Assembly: GCA_963833055.1 (NCBI GenBank)
Contig: CAWHWM010000004.1
Location: 324,006-388,005, forward strand
DNA length: 64,000 bases
Reading direction: 5' to 3'
From: Candidatus Dormiibacterota bacterium
Lineage (GTDB): Bacteria > Chloroflexota > Dormibacteria > Aeolococcales > Aeolococcaceae
Below, in pieces: positions 22,380-32,730 of the stretch (positions are counted from its first letter, which is position 1; each line of letters opens with the position of its first letter). The position numbers were made by a program, and so were the translations under genes. Below the pieces are notes generated by a model. The model ran no database searches and was not told the DNA's origin. It was given only the letters and a program-made list of their open reading frames with translations.

Positions 22380-23141
22380 CTAGGCGATCGCCCGCGTGAA
22401 CCGGCGAGCGCCGATCACGACACCCACGACAGCGAGCGCCGCCATGATCACGAGCCCCTCCAGGACCGCCTGGTCGAAGCCCTTCCCGTTGAAGAGATCG
22501 CGCGCGGCGTTGACTGCGTACGACAGCGGGTTCGCCTTGGCGATGTCCTGCAACCATTGCGGCGCCAGATCCAGCGGCAACAGCACGCCGCTCAGCAGGA
22601 GGAGCGGGAGCGAGAGCGTGAAGATGAGCGGCGCATACGAGTCCTCGCTCTTGAGCGCAAGGGCTGCCGCGTAGGCGAGCGAGGCCATGCCGAGGCCGAT
22701 CAGCGCGACCAGTCCGAGCATGACGATCACACCAACGACGGTTGGCTTCAACCCGAACGGAATCGCGAGCAGCAGCAGGATCAGCGACTGCACCACGAGC
22801 GTGAGGATGTCGCGCAGCGCACGGCCGAGCAGCAGTGCGAAACGGCTGACCGGGGTGACGCGGAAGCGCTCGATGACGCCGTCACGAAGCTCTGCGATGA
22901 GCCCGAAACCGACACCGCTCGCGCCGAAGAGGCCGAGCTGGATGAGGAGTCCCGGCACGAACACGTTGTATGCACCGCCGGCCGGGAATCCCGGTACCTG
23001 AACGAGCGATTTCAGCAGTGGCGCGAAGAGCACCAGGTACAGCAGCGGCTGGATCACGCCGATCGCAACCCACGCCGGATTGCGCAGAAAGATGAAGAGA
23101 TATCGATGGAACATCAGCCACGTGTCTTTGAGGAATTTCAT
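22380..23141 (-). CDS. ABC-2 type exporter permease (DrrB-like)
   Basis: QPLLYLVLF, ER..VTP, NPLSYAV. Confidence 0.9.
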   Translation of the reverse strand: MKFLKDTWLMFHRYLFIFLRNPAWVAIGVIQPLLYLVLFAPLLKSLVQVPGFPAGGAYNVFVPGLLIQLGLFGASGVGFGLIAELRDGVIERFRVTPVSRFALLLGRALRDILTLVVQSLILLLLAIPFGLKPTVVGVIVMLGLVALIGLGMASLAYAAALALKSEDSYAPLIFTLSLPLLLLSGVLLPLDLAPQWLQDIAKANPLSYAVNAARDLFNGKGFDQAVLEGLVIMAALAVVGVVIGARRFTRAIA

Positions 23142-23150
23142 CGCCGCCCC

Positions 23151-24095
23151 CTATGCCGCTTCGCGCAGCGAACGCCCGGTCTGACGCAGGAACACGTCGT
23201 CGAGGCTCGGCCGGTTCAACGAGAGCGACGCCAGCGGGATGCCCGCTGCATCCAGCGCGCGAATGATCTGCGGCATCGCCGTCTCGCCGCGGTCGACGTA
23301 CAGGCGAACGATGTCCTCGGACTGCGTTGCCTCGCGGACGAACGGCTGGCCTCTGAGGAGCTCGAGCACACGCTCGCTCGCGTTGTCGGTGCCCACCACG
23401 ACCACGTCACCGGCGACCTGTCGCTTCAGCTCGTCCGGGGTGCCGAGGGCCACGATCTTGCCGTGGTCGATGATCGCGATCCGGTCCGAGAGGGCATCCG
23501 CCTCCTCGAGGTAGTGGGTGGTCAGGAACACGGTGGTCCCGGTGTCGCGGAGGCCGCGCACCTCGTCCCACATGCGCGCACGGCTCTGCGGGTCGAGCCC
23601 GGTGGTCGGCTCGTCGAGGAAGAGGAGCTTCGGACGGTGCATGAGGCCGATGCCGATATCGAGCCGGCGCTTCTGGCCTCCTGAGTACGTCTTGGTGGCC
23701 CTGTCTGCGCAGTCCGCAAGCTCGAGGGAGGACACGAGCTCGGCAGCACGATCCAGCGCTGCGGTCTTGCTCATGCCGTAGAGGCGGCCCTGCATCACCA
23801 GCTCGGTCCGGCCCGCGACCTCCGGGGCGCTGCTGCCCGCCTGGCTCACATAGCCGATCTCGTAGCGCACCTTGGCCGGCTCGCGGAGCAGGTCGAATCC
23901 GGCGACGGTCGCCTCGCCGCTGGTCGGGGGGAGGAGCGTCGACAGCATTCGGAGCGTTGTCGTCTTGCCGGCTCCGTTCGGCCCGAGAAATCCGAAGATC
24001 TCGCCCTGTTTGACGTCGAGGTCGACCCCGGCGACGGCGTCGACCGGCCCGCGCCGCGACTTGAAGGTCTTTCGAAGGCTGTGTGTCTCGATCAT
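23151..24095 (-). CDS. ABC exporter ATP-binding protein (DrrA-like)
   Basis: GPNGAGKTT, YSGGQKRRL, LDEPTTGLDP, PSLDDVF. Confidence 0.92.
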   Translation of the reverse strand: MIETHSLRKTFKSRRGPVDAVAGVDLDVKQGEIFGFLGPNGAGKTTTLRMLSTLLPPTSGEATVAGFDLLREPAKVRYEIGYVSQAGSSAPEVAGRTELVMQGRLYGMSKTAALDRAAELVSSLELADCADRATKTYSGGQKRRLDIGIGLMHRPKLLFLDEPTTGLDPQSRARMWDEVRGLRDTGTTVFLTTHYLEEADALSDRIAIIDHGKIVALGTPDELKRQVAGDVVVVGTDNASERVLELLRGQPFVREATQSEDIVRLYVDRGETAMPQIIRALDAAGIPLASLSLNRPSLDDVFLRQTGRSLREAA

Positions 24096-24807
24096 GGTGT
24101 CTCCTCCCTGGCCGTGTGTGGTGCGAGACCGCGTCGCGTTGGGTTGGATGACCCGGCGAGCTGGGTCTGACGGTGGCGATTGCGACGCTCCGCGTCTGCC
24201 GCGTGCATCGCCTCGAAATGCGCTCGGATCAGTTCCTCGTTCCAGACGAGGACGCCGGTCTCCATATCGGCTGCGATCGATTGAATCCACGCGATCTCCG
24301 CCGTGGCCAGGGCCATGGCGTGCTCGAGCTCGAGGAGGACCAGCCTGGGGAGGCCGAGGTCGTCCTGCGCCATCTTCAGCGTGGCGTCGAGCGCTGTGAC
24401 ATTGGCGCGGAGGGCTGACGAGCGCGGGTCGCCAGCGCTTTCTGCGCTCGCTCCTCGGCGATGTATCCGAGCAGGCCGACTGCCACCTGAAAGACCGGGG
24501 TCTCGTCCACCGGGGTCGAGAGCAGGTCGACGAGCCAGTTCTCGAGCTCCTCGCTTCCCTCGGACGTGATCCGGTACACCGTGCGCTCGGGACGCTTGCC
24601 CTCGCGGCTCGTCTCCAGTGGCTCGATGTAACCGGCGGCCTCGAGCTCCTCGATCGCCCGATACAGCGTGCGGGTCTTGCCGACCGCATAGGACTTGTGC
24701 CGCTCCTTGAGCAGGCGCTGGATCTCGTAGGGGTGGCAGGGCTGCTCACTGAGCAACGCAAGGGTGGTCAGCGCCACCATGTCCTTGGGTTGTGTGCGGA
24801 TTTCCAT
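24092..24807 (-). CDS. PadR family transcriptional regulator (frameshifted near 24410-24430)
   Basis: HPYEI..LYRAIEELE..GYIE..REGKRPERTVYRIT; C-terminal LPRLVLLELEH..AEIAWI in another frame. Confidence 0.85.
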
Positions 24808-24853
24808 ATTGCGCTCCGCACTATAGCACGGGGCATTCAGGAGGCCGGCCGCG

Positions 24854-26068
24854 TCAGTCCTCGGGGTGCCGGGCCACCTCGTGGTGATCCTGGAGATACT
24901 CGCGAATGGCGATCAGCGCTGCGATGCCGTCGCCGACTGCCGAGCCGAGCTGCTTGGTGGACCCTCGCCGGACGTCTCCTGCGGCGAACACCCCGGGGAT
25001 GGACGTCTTGAACCCGCCCTTGTCGTCCACGAATCCCCGAGCGTCGAGGTCAACCGTGCCGCGGAGGAAGGCGGTGTTGGGATCGAGCCCGATGAAGACG
25101 AACGCGGCGCGTGGGGTCACCACCTGCTCTTCGCCGGTCGCCCGGTCCCGGAGCCGGACCGATTCGAGGCGGCCCTTGCCGGTGAACTCGACGACCTCGG
25201 TGTTCCGATGGACGACGAAATGCGAGTCGTTGTTGATCTTGTCCTGGAGCAGGCGCGACGCCGTCAGCTCCGGCTCACGCTGGACGATGCGAACGCGTTT
25301 CGCGAACTTGGTGAGGAACAGCCCTTCCTCGAGCGCTGAGTTTCCGCCACCGATGACCAGAAGCTCCTCGGCGCCGCGATAGAAGGGGCCGTCGCAGGTC
25401 GCGCAGAAGTGCACGCCGGCGCCGATCAGATCGTCCTCACCCGGGATACCGAGGCGGCGATAGGACGAGCCCGTTGCGATCAATGCGGCGTGCGTCTCGA
25501 TCTCCTGGCCGCTCGCGAGGCGGATGCAGATGTCACCGGCCTCCGAGCCCTCAGCCGCGATGTGCTCGACGCTTACCGCACTGAGCAATTCGACCTCGTA
25601 GCGGCGCGCCTGGGCGATGAATCGTTCGGCGAGGTCGGCCCCGCCGACGCCGTCAGGGAAGCCCGGGTAGTTGTCGATGCGCTCGGTGACGCCTGCCTGG
25701 CCCCCGAGCCCGCTGCGCTCGATCACGACCGCGTCGATGCCCTCGCGAGCCGCGTAGATCGCGGCAGCCAGCCCCGCCGGGCCGCCGCCGATGATCGCCA
25801 GGTCATAGCACTCCTGCTTCGCGTCGAGCGTCAGGCCGAGCTTGCGCGCGAGCTCCTCGTTGGTCGGCTCGACGAGCACGTCGGTACCGTCGAAGACGAT
25901 CGTGGGGATGGTGCGGCCGCCGTTCTGCAACTCCTCCACGTGCTGCAGTCCCGCTGCGTCCTCGTCGATGTCCACCCAGTCGTACGGGACGCGCTGCTCG
26001 GCGAGAAAACGCTTCGCGCGTTTGCAGTCCGGGCACCACGGCGCGCCATAGACGGTGATCTGCGTCAT
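24854..26068 (-). CDS. Glutaredoxin-domain/thioredoxin reductase fusion
   Basis: N-terminal WCPDC..IPT Grx domain; GGGPAGL, CATCDG, GGGNSA, FAAGD. Confidence 0.92.
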   Translation of the reverse strand: MTQITVYGAPWCPDCKRAKRFLAEQRVPYDWVDIDEDAAGLQHVEELQNGGRTIPTIVFDGTDVLVEPTNEELARKLGLTLDAKQECYDLAIIGGGPAGLAAAIYAAREGIDAVVIERSGLGGQAGVTERIDNYPGFPDGVGGADLAERFIAQARRYEVELLSAVSVEHIAAEGSEAGDICIRLASGQEIETHAALIATGSSYRRLGIPGEDDLIGAGVHFCATCDGPFYRGAEELLVIGGGNSALEEGLFLTKFAKRVRIVQREPELTASRLLQDKINNDSHFVVHRNTEVVEFTGKGRLESVRLRDRATGEEQVVTPRAAFVFIGLDPNTAFLRGTVDLDARGFVDDKGGFKTSIPGVFAAGDVRRGSTKQLGSAVGDGIAALIAIREYLQDHHEVARHPED

Positions 26069-26081
26069 GTGATCAGCCGGA

Positions 26082-26579
26082 TCAGGAGGTGAGCCGGGTG
26101 AGGTCGGCGCTGACTCCGGACAGCGTGCCGAGAAAGCGGTCGACGATGTTGCCCTTGGAGTCCACGATCACCACGGTCGGTGGGTCCTCGACGTTGTACT
26201 CGGAGGTGATGACCTCGCTCGAGTCGTTGACGCTCGGATAGGGGACGCCATAGTGCTTCTCATAGGCGATCGCATTGGGGTCGGTGTCCAGAATATCGAC
26301 TCCCAGGAAGATCACACCTTTGGGCATCCACTGCTTGGCGAGGGTGTCGAGCGTCGGCTGCTCCGCATTGCACGGAGAGCACCAGGAGCCCCAGAAATCC
26401 AGAACCACGACATGTCCGTGCGTCTGCGACCAGTCGTACGTTGCGCCGGTCACGGTCGGCGCGGTAATCGGCGTGGCGGGACCCTTTGGGCCATTGCCGA
26501 AGTTCGTCACGGATCCGATGTCCTGTTGCAAGCCGCATCCCGCGAGCATCAGCGCAGCGACGAACCCCACGCCGGCCAC
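26082..26579 (-). CDS. TlpA-family disulfide reductase lipoprotein
   Basis: Lipobox LAGC; FWGSWCSPC. Confidence 0.88.
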   Translation of the reverse strand: MAGVGFVAALMLAGCGLQQDIGSVTNFGNGPKGPATPITAPTVTGATYDWSQTHGHVVVLDFWGSWCSPCNAEQPTLDTLAKQWMPKGVIFLGVDILDTDPNAIAYEKHYGVPYPSVNDSSEVITSEYNVEDPPTVVIVDSKGNIVDRFLGTLSGVSADLTRLTS

Positions 26580-26588
26580 GCGACCGGT

Positions 26589-27413
26589 TCACGGAGTCAC
26601 CGCCAGGTCCTCGAGCACGAGCGCTGCCAGGTTCTGGTCACCTTCGACAACAACTCGTGAGCGCGCATCGGGATCGTCGCGCCCGCAGGTGAGGACGGTC
26701 AGTGTCGAGAGGTCGAGCCGGAGCCTGGCCGCAGCGTTGTCCGGGACGTGCGCCTCGGACCGGCCCCGCTCGCCATCAAAGGTGATCGCCCGTTGCGCGG
26801 CGCTCGGCCCGGTGATATCGAAGGCGAGAACCGTTCCCGGCGCCGGCTTCAGGCGCTCCTGCAGCTCATACGCGGCGCCGATCAGCATCCGCTCCCGGCT
26901 GTGAGCCGCGGCGACGCCGTCGAGGCCGCCGGGCTCGTCCAAGGCGCGGCGGATGTCCTGCTCGTGTGCCCAGAGGTCGAAGACCCGGATGCCGAGCAGC
27001 GATCGGCGCTTTGCCTCGCCGAAGAGCCCGCGGCCCATCTCGTCGAGGTCCGAGTCCTGCAGCTCATCCAGTTGAGCCAGCCGCGCCGACGTCACGTCCT
27101 GGTACTCCGCGAGGAGTTGCGCAAGCGGGATCCCACGGCGGGCGTCCACGCCGATCTCCATGAACTTGCCGGGATCGTTGCGGACGTGCGGCAGCCCTTC
27201 GGGGACCGTGTGCTCGACCCGCGGCCGCCCGATCAGGATGCTTTCGAGATCCGTGATGTGGGCGATGTGGTCACGGACGGTCCAGCCCGGGCACGCGGTG
27301 GGGAGCATCGCACGGTCATCGTCGAGCCCGGCAGCAAGCGTGCCGACACTCGCGAAGACCTCGGCGTACGCCTGGCGGAACCCGTCCGCCGTCGTGATAA
27401 TCCCGCTCTCCAT
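26589..27413 (-). CDS. Maleylpyruvate isomerase (MDMPI/DinB superfamily) protein
   Basis: PTACPGWTVRDHIAH, RVFDLWAHEQDIR. Confidence 0.88.
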   Translation of the reverse strand: MESGIITTADGFRQAYAEVFASVGTLAAGLDDDRAMLPTACPGWTVRDHIAHITDLESILIGRPRVEHTVPEGLPHVRNDPGKFMEIGVDARRGIPLAQLLAEYQDVTSARLAQLDELQDSDLDEMGRGLFGEAKRRSLLGIRVFDLWAHEQDIRRALDEPGGLDGVAAAHSRERMLIGAAYELQERLKPAPGTVLAFDITGPSAAQRAITFDGERGRSEAHVPDNAAARLRLDLSTLTVLTCGRDDPDARSRVVVEGDQNLAALVLEDLAVTP

Positions 27414-27450
27414 CGACGTGCAGCCTAGCGCGTCGCCACAATCAATCGCG

Positions 27451-28188
27451 ATGCCACCAGGTGCAGAGGCCGGCAGTGCCGCCGGCATGACCGCTGTCAA
27501 CTCGTCGGGGTTTCCGGCCCCGGCGGGTGTGTACGCCGTACCCGTTGTCCTTGCCCCGCTGTCGGGACGGCTCCATGTCCTGCTCGTGCAGCGCGCCGAA
27601 GCCCCCTTCGCCGGGACGTGGGTGCTCCCGGGCGGCTTCATGAGCCCGAGCGAGCGGCCCGAGGAGACTGCGCAACGGAAGCTCACCGAGAAGACCGGCG
27701 TGGGCGCCGTCTATCTCGAACAGCTCGAGACGTATGGCGATCCGCAGCGCGACCCGCGTGGCTGGATCCCGACGGTGGCGTACCTGGCGCTGATCGACGC
27801 GGCGGTGCTTCGCGCGGACAAGTCGAGCGCGCGGTGGGAGCCGGTCGATGCGCTGCCACCACTGGGCTTCGACCACGCGCAAATCGTGGTGGACGCCGTC
27901 GAGCGGCTGCGCGGCAAGCTCTGGTGGTCCAACATCGCTGTCGGCCTGCTGCCCGAGCGCTTCACGATGCCGCAGGCGCGCCGCGTGTTCGAAGCGATCA
28001 GCGGCGTGAGCTACGAGCCCTCCAACTTCCGGCGCGAGCTCGAGCAATCGGGTCTCGTCCGCGCCACGGGGAGCCTCGCAAAGGGCGGCCCGGGGCGCCC
28101 TGCCGCGATGTACGAGTTCGTCGAGCGCCAGCCGGCCTGGAGCCTGCGCCGATCGCGACCGCCGGCGATGGCACGGCGGCGCGCCTGA
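27451..28188 (+). CDS. NrtR-family regulator (Nudix + wHTH)
   Basis: WVLPGG, EQLETYGDPQRDPRG, LGFDHAQI, NFRR, GRPAAMY. Confidence 0.88.
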   Translation: MPPGAEAGSAAGMTAVNSSGFPAPAGVYAVPVVLAPLSGRLHVLLVQRAEAPFAGTWVLPGGFMSPSERPEETAQRKLTEKTGVGAVYLEQLETYGDPQRDPRGWIPTVAYLALIDAAVLRADKSSARWEPVDALPPLGFDHAQIVVDAVERLRGKLWWSNIAVGLLPERFTMPQARRVFEAISGVSYEPSNFRRELEQSGLVRATGSLAKGGPGRPAAMYEFVERQPAWSLRRSRPPAMARRRA

Positions 28189-28285
28189 CCGCGACACGGG
28201 CGAGTTTCACTCAACTCCGTCTGCATCGTTCACGATTGCCGCGATCGGGCGCCAACTCCGAGCGCCCGCCGCAAGGAGACGCGAG

Positions 28286-28839
28286 ATGACCGACGTACCC
28301 GCTCCAACACCACAGCTGGCGCCGCCGATTCCCATACCGAAGGTCGAGGAGCTGTTCCAGCACATTCCTCATCCGCGCATCGAACAGCGCAAGCACGAAA
28401 AGCCTGTGAAGGTCGATGACGAGCGCGTCGGCATCAACGGCAAGGTCGCGCTGATCATCACCGCAGTGGTCGGCACGATGTGGTGCGCGTACATCTTCAC
28501 CGTGCTCGCACTGATCAGCCTGCCATCCGCGCTCGGCAGCGGGCAGGCCATCGTCATCGTCGCCGTGGATCGCCGCAGACCTTCATCCAGTTGGTCCTGC
28601 TGCCGATCATCATCGTCGGGCAGAACATCCAGGGCAAGGCATCCGACAAGCGGTCGGAGCAGACGTACAAGGACGCCGAGGCGATCCTCAGCGAGTGCCT
28701 GCAACTGCAGTCGCATCTCCAGGCGCAGGACACAGTGCTCGATGACGTCGTGGCCAACGTCAAGCGCCATCACCAGGAACTGCAACGGTTGTCGGCGCTC
28801 GTCGGACCTGGCACCGGCCCTGCAGCAGGCACCGCATAG
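28286..28839 (+). CDS. DUF1003-like membrane protein (frameshift near 28570)
   Basis: ITAVVGTMWCAY; QTFIQLVLLPIIIVGQN; AAGGAG SD. Confidence 0.7.
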
Positions 28840-28932
28840 CCGGACCACTCGCCACATCGTGCGTCTCGAGGGCGTGACTGACATCTAGCGTTGGCGTGTG
28901 CCACTCGCTCGCGTCAGCGCGCCGGCGCCGCC

Positions 28933-29959
28933 ATGAGCGTGCTCACGTGCGCGCTCGGCCCGGACGCCGCGGGCACCGTTCTCATGCGCGCGTTGCGCGA
29001 CGCACGCCACAGCATCGACGCGGCGATCTACGAGGTCGGCCCCTCATACCGGTGGGCGCTCGTTCGTGCCGCTGAGCGTGGTGTCGCGATTCGCCTCGTG
29101 CTCGACGCACATCGCTCCGACGGCAACGCGGCGACGGCGCGTGCGTTGCTTGCAGCGGGGGCGGAGTGCCGGGTCGCCGGAGTCGGAGCGGACAAGGCTC
29201 ATGGAAAGGTGGTGATCGTCGATTCGACGGTGGCGGTGGGCACCGGGAACCTCATCTGGCGGGACGCGCCTCGCGACCGCCGGCTCCGCTTTCCTCCGCG
29301 CGGCGATCCGCTCGCGGGTACTCGCGAGTGGTGGGTGCTGGCCGGATCGAGGCACCTGCGCCGTGCCGCTGCCGATGCCTTCGGTCAGCACTGGGCGGCG
29401 GCGACGGCTCCTCCCAACTCGTGGGCGGCGACGGATGAGGGGGCCGCTCCCGGTCATCGGCACGCCGACGATCCAGGTGGCCCCGAAGCACTTCTGCGTC
29501 GCCTCGCGCCGGGTCGATCTTGTCATCGGAGGGGAGGCGGTGAGCCGGGCGCTCGAGGGTGCTCTGGCCAGGGCCCGACGCAGGATCCTGGTGACCGTCC
29601 CATACGCGCGCCCGGCGGCTCCGGCAGTGCGTCTGCTGCTCGATCTGATGGTCGCGGGGTCGTCGCGCGGGGTGGCCTGCGCGCTGCTCCTCGGCGCTGT
29701 CCCCGATCAGAAGGACGCCGCGCTCCTGGCCTCGCTGCCCTTCGCCGTCCGGCGCATGGACCCCGCCCGATCCACCTCAGGACACGCCAAGGGCGTCGTG
29801 GCGGATGGGTCGGTCATCGTCTCCTCGGCGAACTGGAGCGATACCGGCCTCGGCGGCAACTGGGAAGCGGCGCTCCAGATCCGCCACGCGGGTGCTGCCG
29901 CCTACTACGCGGCGGCCTGGCGGAGAGATTGGGACACCGGGCTCCCGCTCGACGTTTGA
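28933..29959 (+). CDS. Phospholipase D-family protein with two HKD motifs (frameshift near 29440)
   Basis: HGKVVIVD..GTGN and HAKGVVAD..SSAN. Confidence 0.8.
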
Positions 29960-29988
29960 CGCCGGAAAGGCCCGGCTACTCTGTACGG

Positions 29989-32730
29989 ATGCCCGATGTC
30001 GAGCCTCCGGCACCAGCCGGACCTGCTCTGGCGCCCTCCGGACCCGTTTCGCTGACCCTCCCGGCGGTCCCGCTGCGCGACAACGTGGTGTTCCCGTCGC
30101 AGCTGGCGCCACTCGCCGCCGGCAGGCCCCGCTCGGTGGCGGCCCTCGAGGCGGCGGTGAACGGAGACGGGCGGGTCGTCCTGGCCATCCAGCGCGATGC
30201 CGAACGAGACGACGCCTCCATTGAGGATGTCCACGCGATCGCCGTCATCGCCCACGTCGGCGCCTTCCGGCGACTTCCTGGGGGCGGCGCTCACGCGCTC
30301 GTCGAAGGCAAGGAGCGCGTCCGCATCGACGCGTTCGACGCCTCCGGCGACGCCTGGATCGCGACGGTCACCCCGATTCCGGTGGAGACCGTCGAGGGCA
30401 CAGAGGTCGATGCGCTCTTTGGGTCGGTTCGATCGCTGTTCGCCGACTACGTCAACGCCGGAGCCCAGGTGGGAGCGGATACCGCAGTCGCCATGGCACG
30501 CGCATCCCAACCGGAGCTCATCGCTGACATCGCGAGCACGTGTCCAGACTTCGGTTTCGACGATCGCGTCGCCCTCCTCCAGGAGACCGACACGATCGCG
30601 CGTCTGCGGACGCTGATCCCGCTGCTCGCCCGAGAGGTTGAGGTCGCGCAACTGCGCACCAAGATCCACGAGGACGTGCAGAAAACCATCAACAACTCGC
30701 AGCGCGAGCACATCCTCCGCGAGCAATTGCGCGCTATCCGCAAGGAGTTGACGGAGCTCGACGACGCGGGTGAGGACGACGAGGATCTCGCCACCCGCGT
30801 CGAGAACGCCGGCATGCCGGACAACGTCAAACAACGCGTCCTCAAAGAAGTGCACCGCCTCGAGCAGATCCCAAGCGCATCGCCGGAAATGGGCATGGTC
30901 CGCACGTGGGTCGACTGGCTCCTGGACCTCCCCTGGGTCGATCCACCGGCCGAAACCCTCGACATCGAACGCGCAGCAACCATCCTCGACGAAGACCACT
31001 ACGGTCTGACAAAGGTCAAAGACCGAATCCTGGAATGGCTCGCAGTTCGCGAACGCATTCGCACGAAAGGCATCGCGGAGGAAACCGCGACTGCGGAGCG
31101 CGAAGCTCTCGCTGCCGGAGAGCCAGGGACGGAGGCCACAGAGCCCGCCGCGGATGCGACTACCCAGGAGGCGGGTGGCGGAGCGGGGGGAAGCGCCGAT
31201 CCCAGGCCTGGCGCCGCGCAGGACGTTCCCAGAACGCAAGACGATGAGGAGTCAGACCGGGCCGGCGAGCGGCGAGGGGTACCCGCTCCGACAGGACCCG
31301 CCGCACTCGAAGTGGTGCCGAAGAAGAGACGCACCCTCCAGACGCCGATCCTCTGCTTCGTCGGTCCTCCTGGAGTGGGTAAGACGTCATTGGGTCGCAG
31401 CATCGCTCGCGCGTTGGACCGCAAGTTCGTGCGCATGAGCCTTGGCGGCATCCGTGATGAAGCCGAGATTCGCGGGCATCGCCGCACGTACATCGGCGCA
31501 CTCCCGGGACGCATCATCCAGTCGATGCGCACGGCGGGCACGCGCAACGCGGTGATCATGCTGGACGAGATCGACAAGGTGGGCGCGGACTTCCGCGGTG
31601 ACCCGTCGGCGGCACTCCTCGAGGTGCTCGACCCCGAACAGAACTGGGAGTTCAGCGATCACTATCTCGAGGTCCCGTATGACCTTTCGCAGGTGCTGTT
31701 CATCACGACGGCGAACATCGCGGAGACGATCAGCCCGCCGCTGCGCGACCGGATGGAGATCATCCGCATCACCGGGTACACGGAGCAGGAGAAGGTGCAG
31801 ATCGCCGAGCGCCATCTCGTGCCGCGGCAGCTTGACCAGCACTCGCTCGATGTCAATGAGCTGGAGATCCCGCGCGAAACCATCGTCGCGATGCTGCACG
31901 GATATACGCGTGAAGCCGGGGTGCGCCAGCTGGACCGGACCATCGCTGAAGTGGCGCGCAAGGTGCCGCGCAAGCTCGCAGCGGGCGCGACGCCACCGGT
32001 GGTGATCACGCCTGCGGACCTGTCGGACCTGCTCGGCCCGAGACGTCATGACTACGGCGAGGCGCAGGAGCAGGATGAGATCGGCGCTGTCACCGGTGTC
32101 GTGGTCAGTGAGGTCGGCGGCGACATCATCACCATCGAGGCGCTGGCCATCGAGACCAAGCCCGACCTGGTGCTGACCGGGCAGCTCGGCAGCGTGATGG
32201 AGGAGTCCGCACGCGCTGCGCTGTCGTGGGCGAAGGTGCATGCCGTCGAGTACGGCGCGCCACGCGACTTCTTCGACACCCATGCCATCCACGTCCACGT
32301 TCCCGCAGGTGCAATCCCGAAGGATGGCCCATCGGCGGGCGTGACCATGGCGACCGCGATGGTATCGGTCGCATCGTCGCGCCGCGTGCGCCGGGACCTC
32401 GCGATGACAGGCGAGGTGACGTTGCGCGGCAAGGTTCTTCCCATCGGCGGCGTGAAGGACAAGCTGCTCGCGGCGCATCGGTCGGGGTTGAAGACGTTCA
32501 TCCTTCCCGCGAAGAACGTGCGCGATCTGTATGAGGTCGAGAAGGAGATTCTCGACGCCATCGAGGTGGTCCCTGTCGACAACGTGGGCGAGGTACTCGA
32601 TCGTGCGCTGGTCGAGTCCGATGCTCCGCGCAAACGCGAGCGCCGCGGGGCGGGGTTTGTGCTCCCGATCACGAGTGCCGATGTGATCGGACCGATCAAC
32701 GCCGAGCCCTGCGCACCCAAGCTGACATGA
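29989..32730 (+). CDS. lon: Lon protease with ~90-aa insertion before the AAA+ module
   Basis: PLRDNVVFP, GPPGVGKTS, DEIDK, PKDGPSAG (Ser), GGVKDK (Lys); TACTCT 6 nt upstream. Confidence 0.96.
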   Translation: MPDVEPPAPAGPALAPSGPVSLTLPAVPLRDNVVFPSQLAPLAAGRPRSVAALEAAVNGDGRVVLAIQRDAERDDASIEDVHAIAVIAHVGAFRRLPGGGAHALVEGKERVRIDAFDASGDAWIATVTPIPVETVEGTEVDALFGSVRSLFADYVNAGAQVGADTAVAMARASQPELIADIASTCPDFGFDDRVALLQETDTIARLRTLIPLLAREVEVAQLRTKIHEDVQKTINNSQREHILREQLRAIRKELTELDDAGEDDEDLATRVENAGMPDNVKQRVLKEVHRLEQIPSASPEMGMVRTWVDWLLDLPWVDPPAETLDIERAATILDEDHYGLTKVKDRILEWLAVRERIRTKGIAEETATAEREALAAGEPGTEATEPAADATTQEAGGGAGGSADPRPGAAQDVPRTQDDEESDRAGERRGVPAPTGPAALEVVPKKRRTLQTPILCFVGPPGVGKTSLGRSIARALDRKFVRMSLGGIRDEAEIRGHRRTYIGALPGRIIQSMRTAGTRNAVIMLDEIDKVGADFRGDPSAALLEVLDPEQNWEFSDHYLEVPYDLSQVLFITTANIAETISPPLRDRMEIIRITGYTEQEKVQIAERHLVPRQLDQHSLDVNELEIPRETIVAMLHGYTREAGVRQLDRTIAEVARKVPRKLAAGATPPVVITPADLSDLLGPRRHDYGEAQEQDEIGAVTGVVVSEVGGDIITIEALAIETKPDLVLTGQLGSVMEESARAALSWAKVHAVEYGAPRDFFDTHAIHVHVPAGAIPKDGPSAGVTMATAMVSVASSRRVRRDLAMTGEVTLRGKVLPIGGVKDKLLAAHRSGLKTFILPAKNVRDLYEVEKEILDAIEVVPVDNVGEVLDRALVESDAPRKRERRGAGFVLPITSADVIGPINAEPCAPKLT

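Noticed and set aside
23151-24761. 536-aa PadR-ABC ATPase fusion
   Set aside because: The upstream part is an out-of-frame reading of padR; the ATPase has its own SD and ATG at 24095
28195-28285. Hairpins upstream of the DUF1003-like gene as a riboswitch or NrtR site
   Set aside because: Short GC stems expected by chance; no recognisable consensus
31051-31344. Intein in Lon
   Set aside because: No N-terminal Cys block or His-Asn C-terminus; low-complexity sequence
28891-32730. 1279-aa PLD-Lon fusion in the ORF track
   Set aside because: Produced by a frameshift in the PLD gene; PLD ends at 29959 and lon has its own -10 and ATG at 29989
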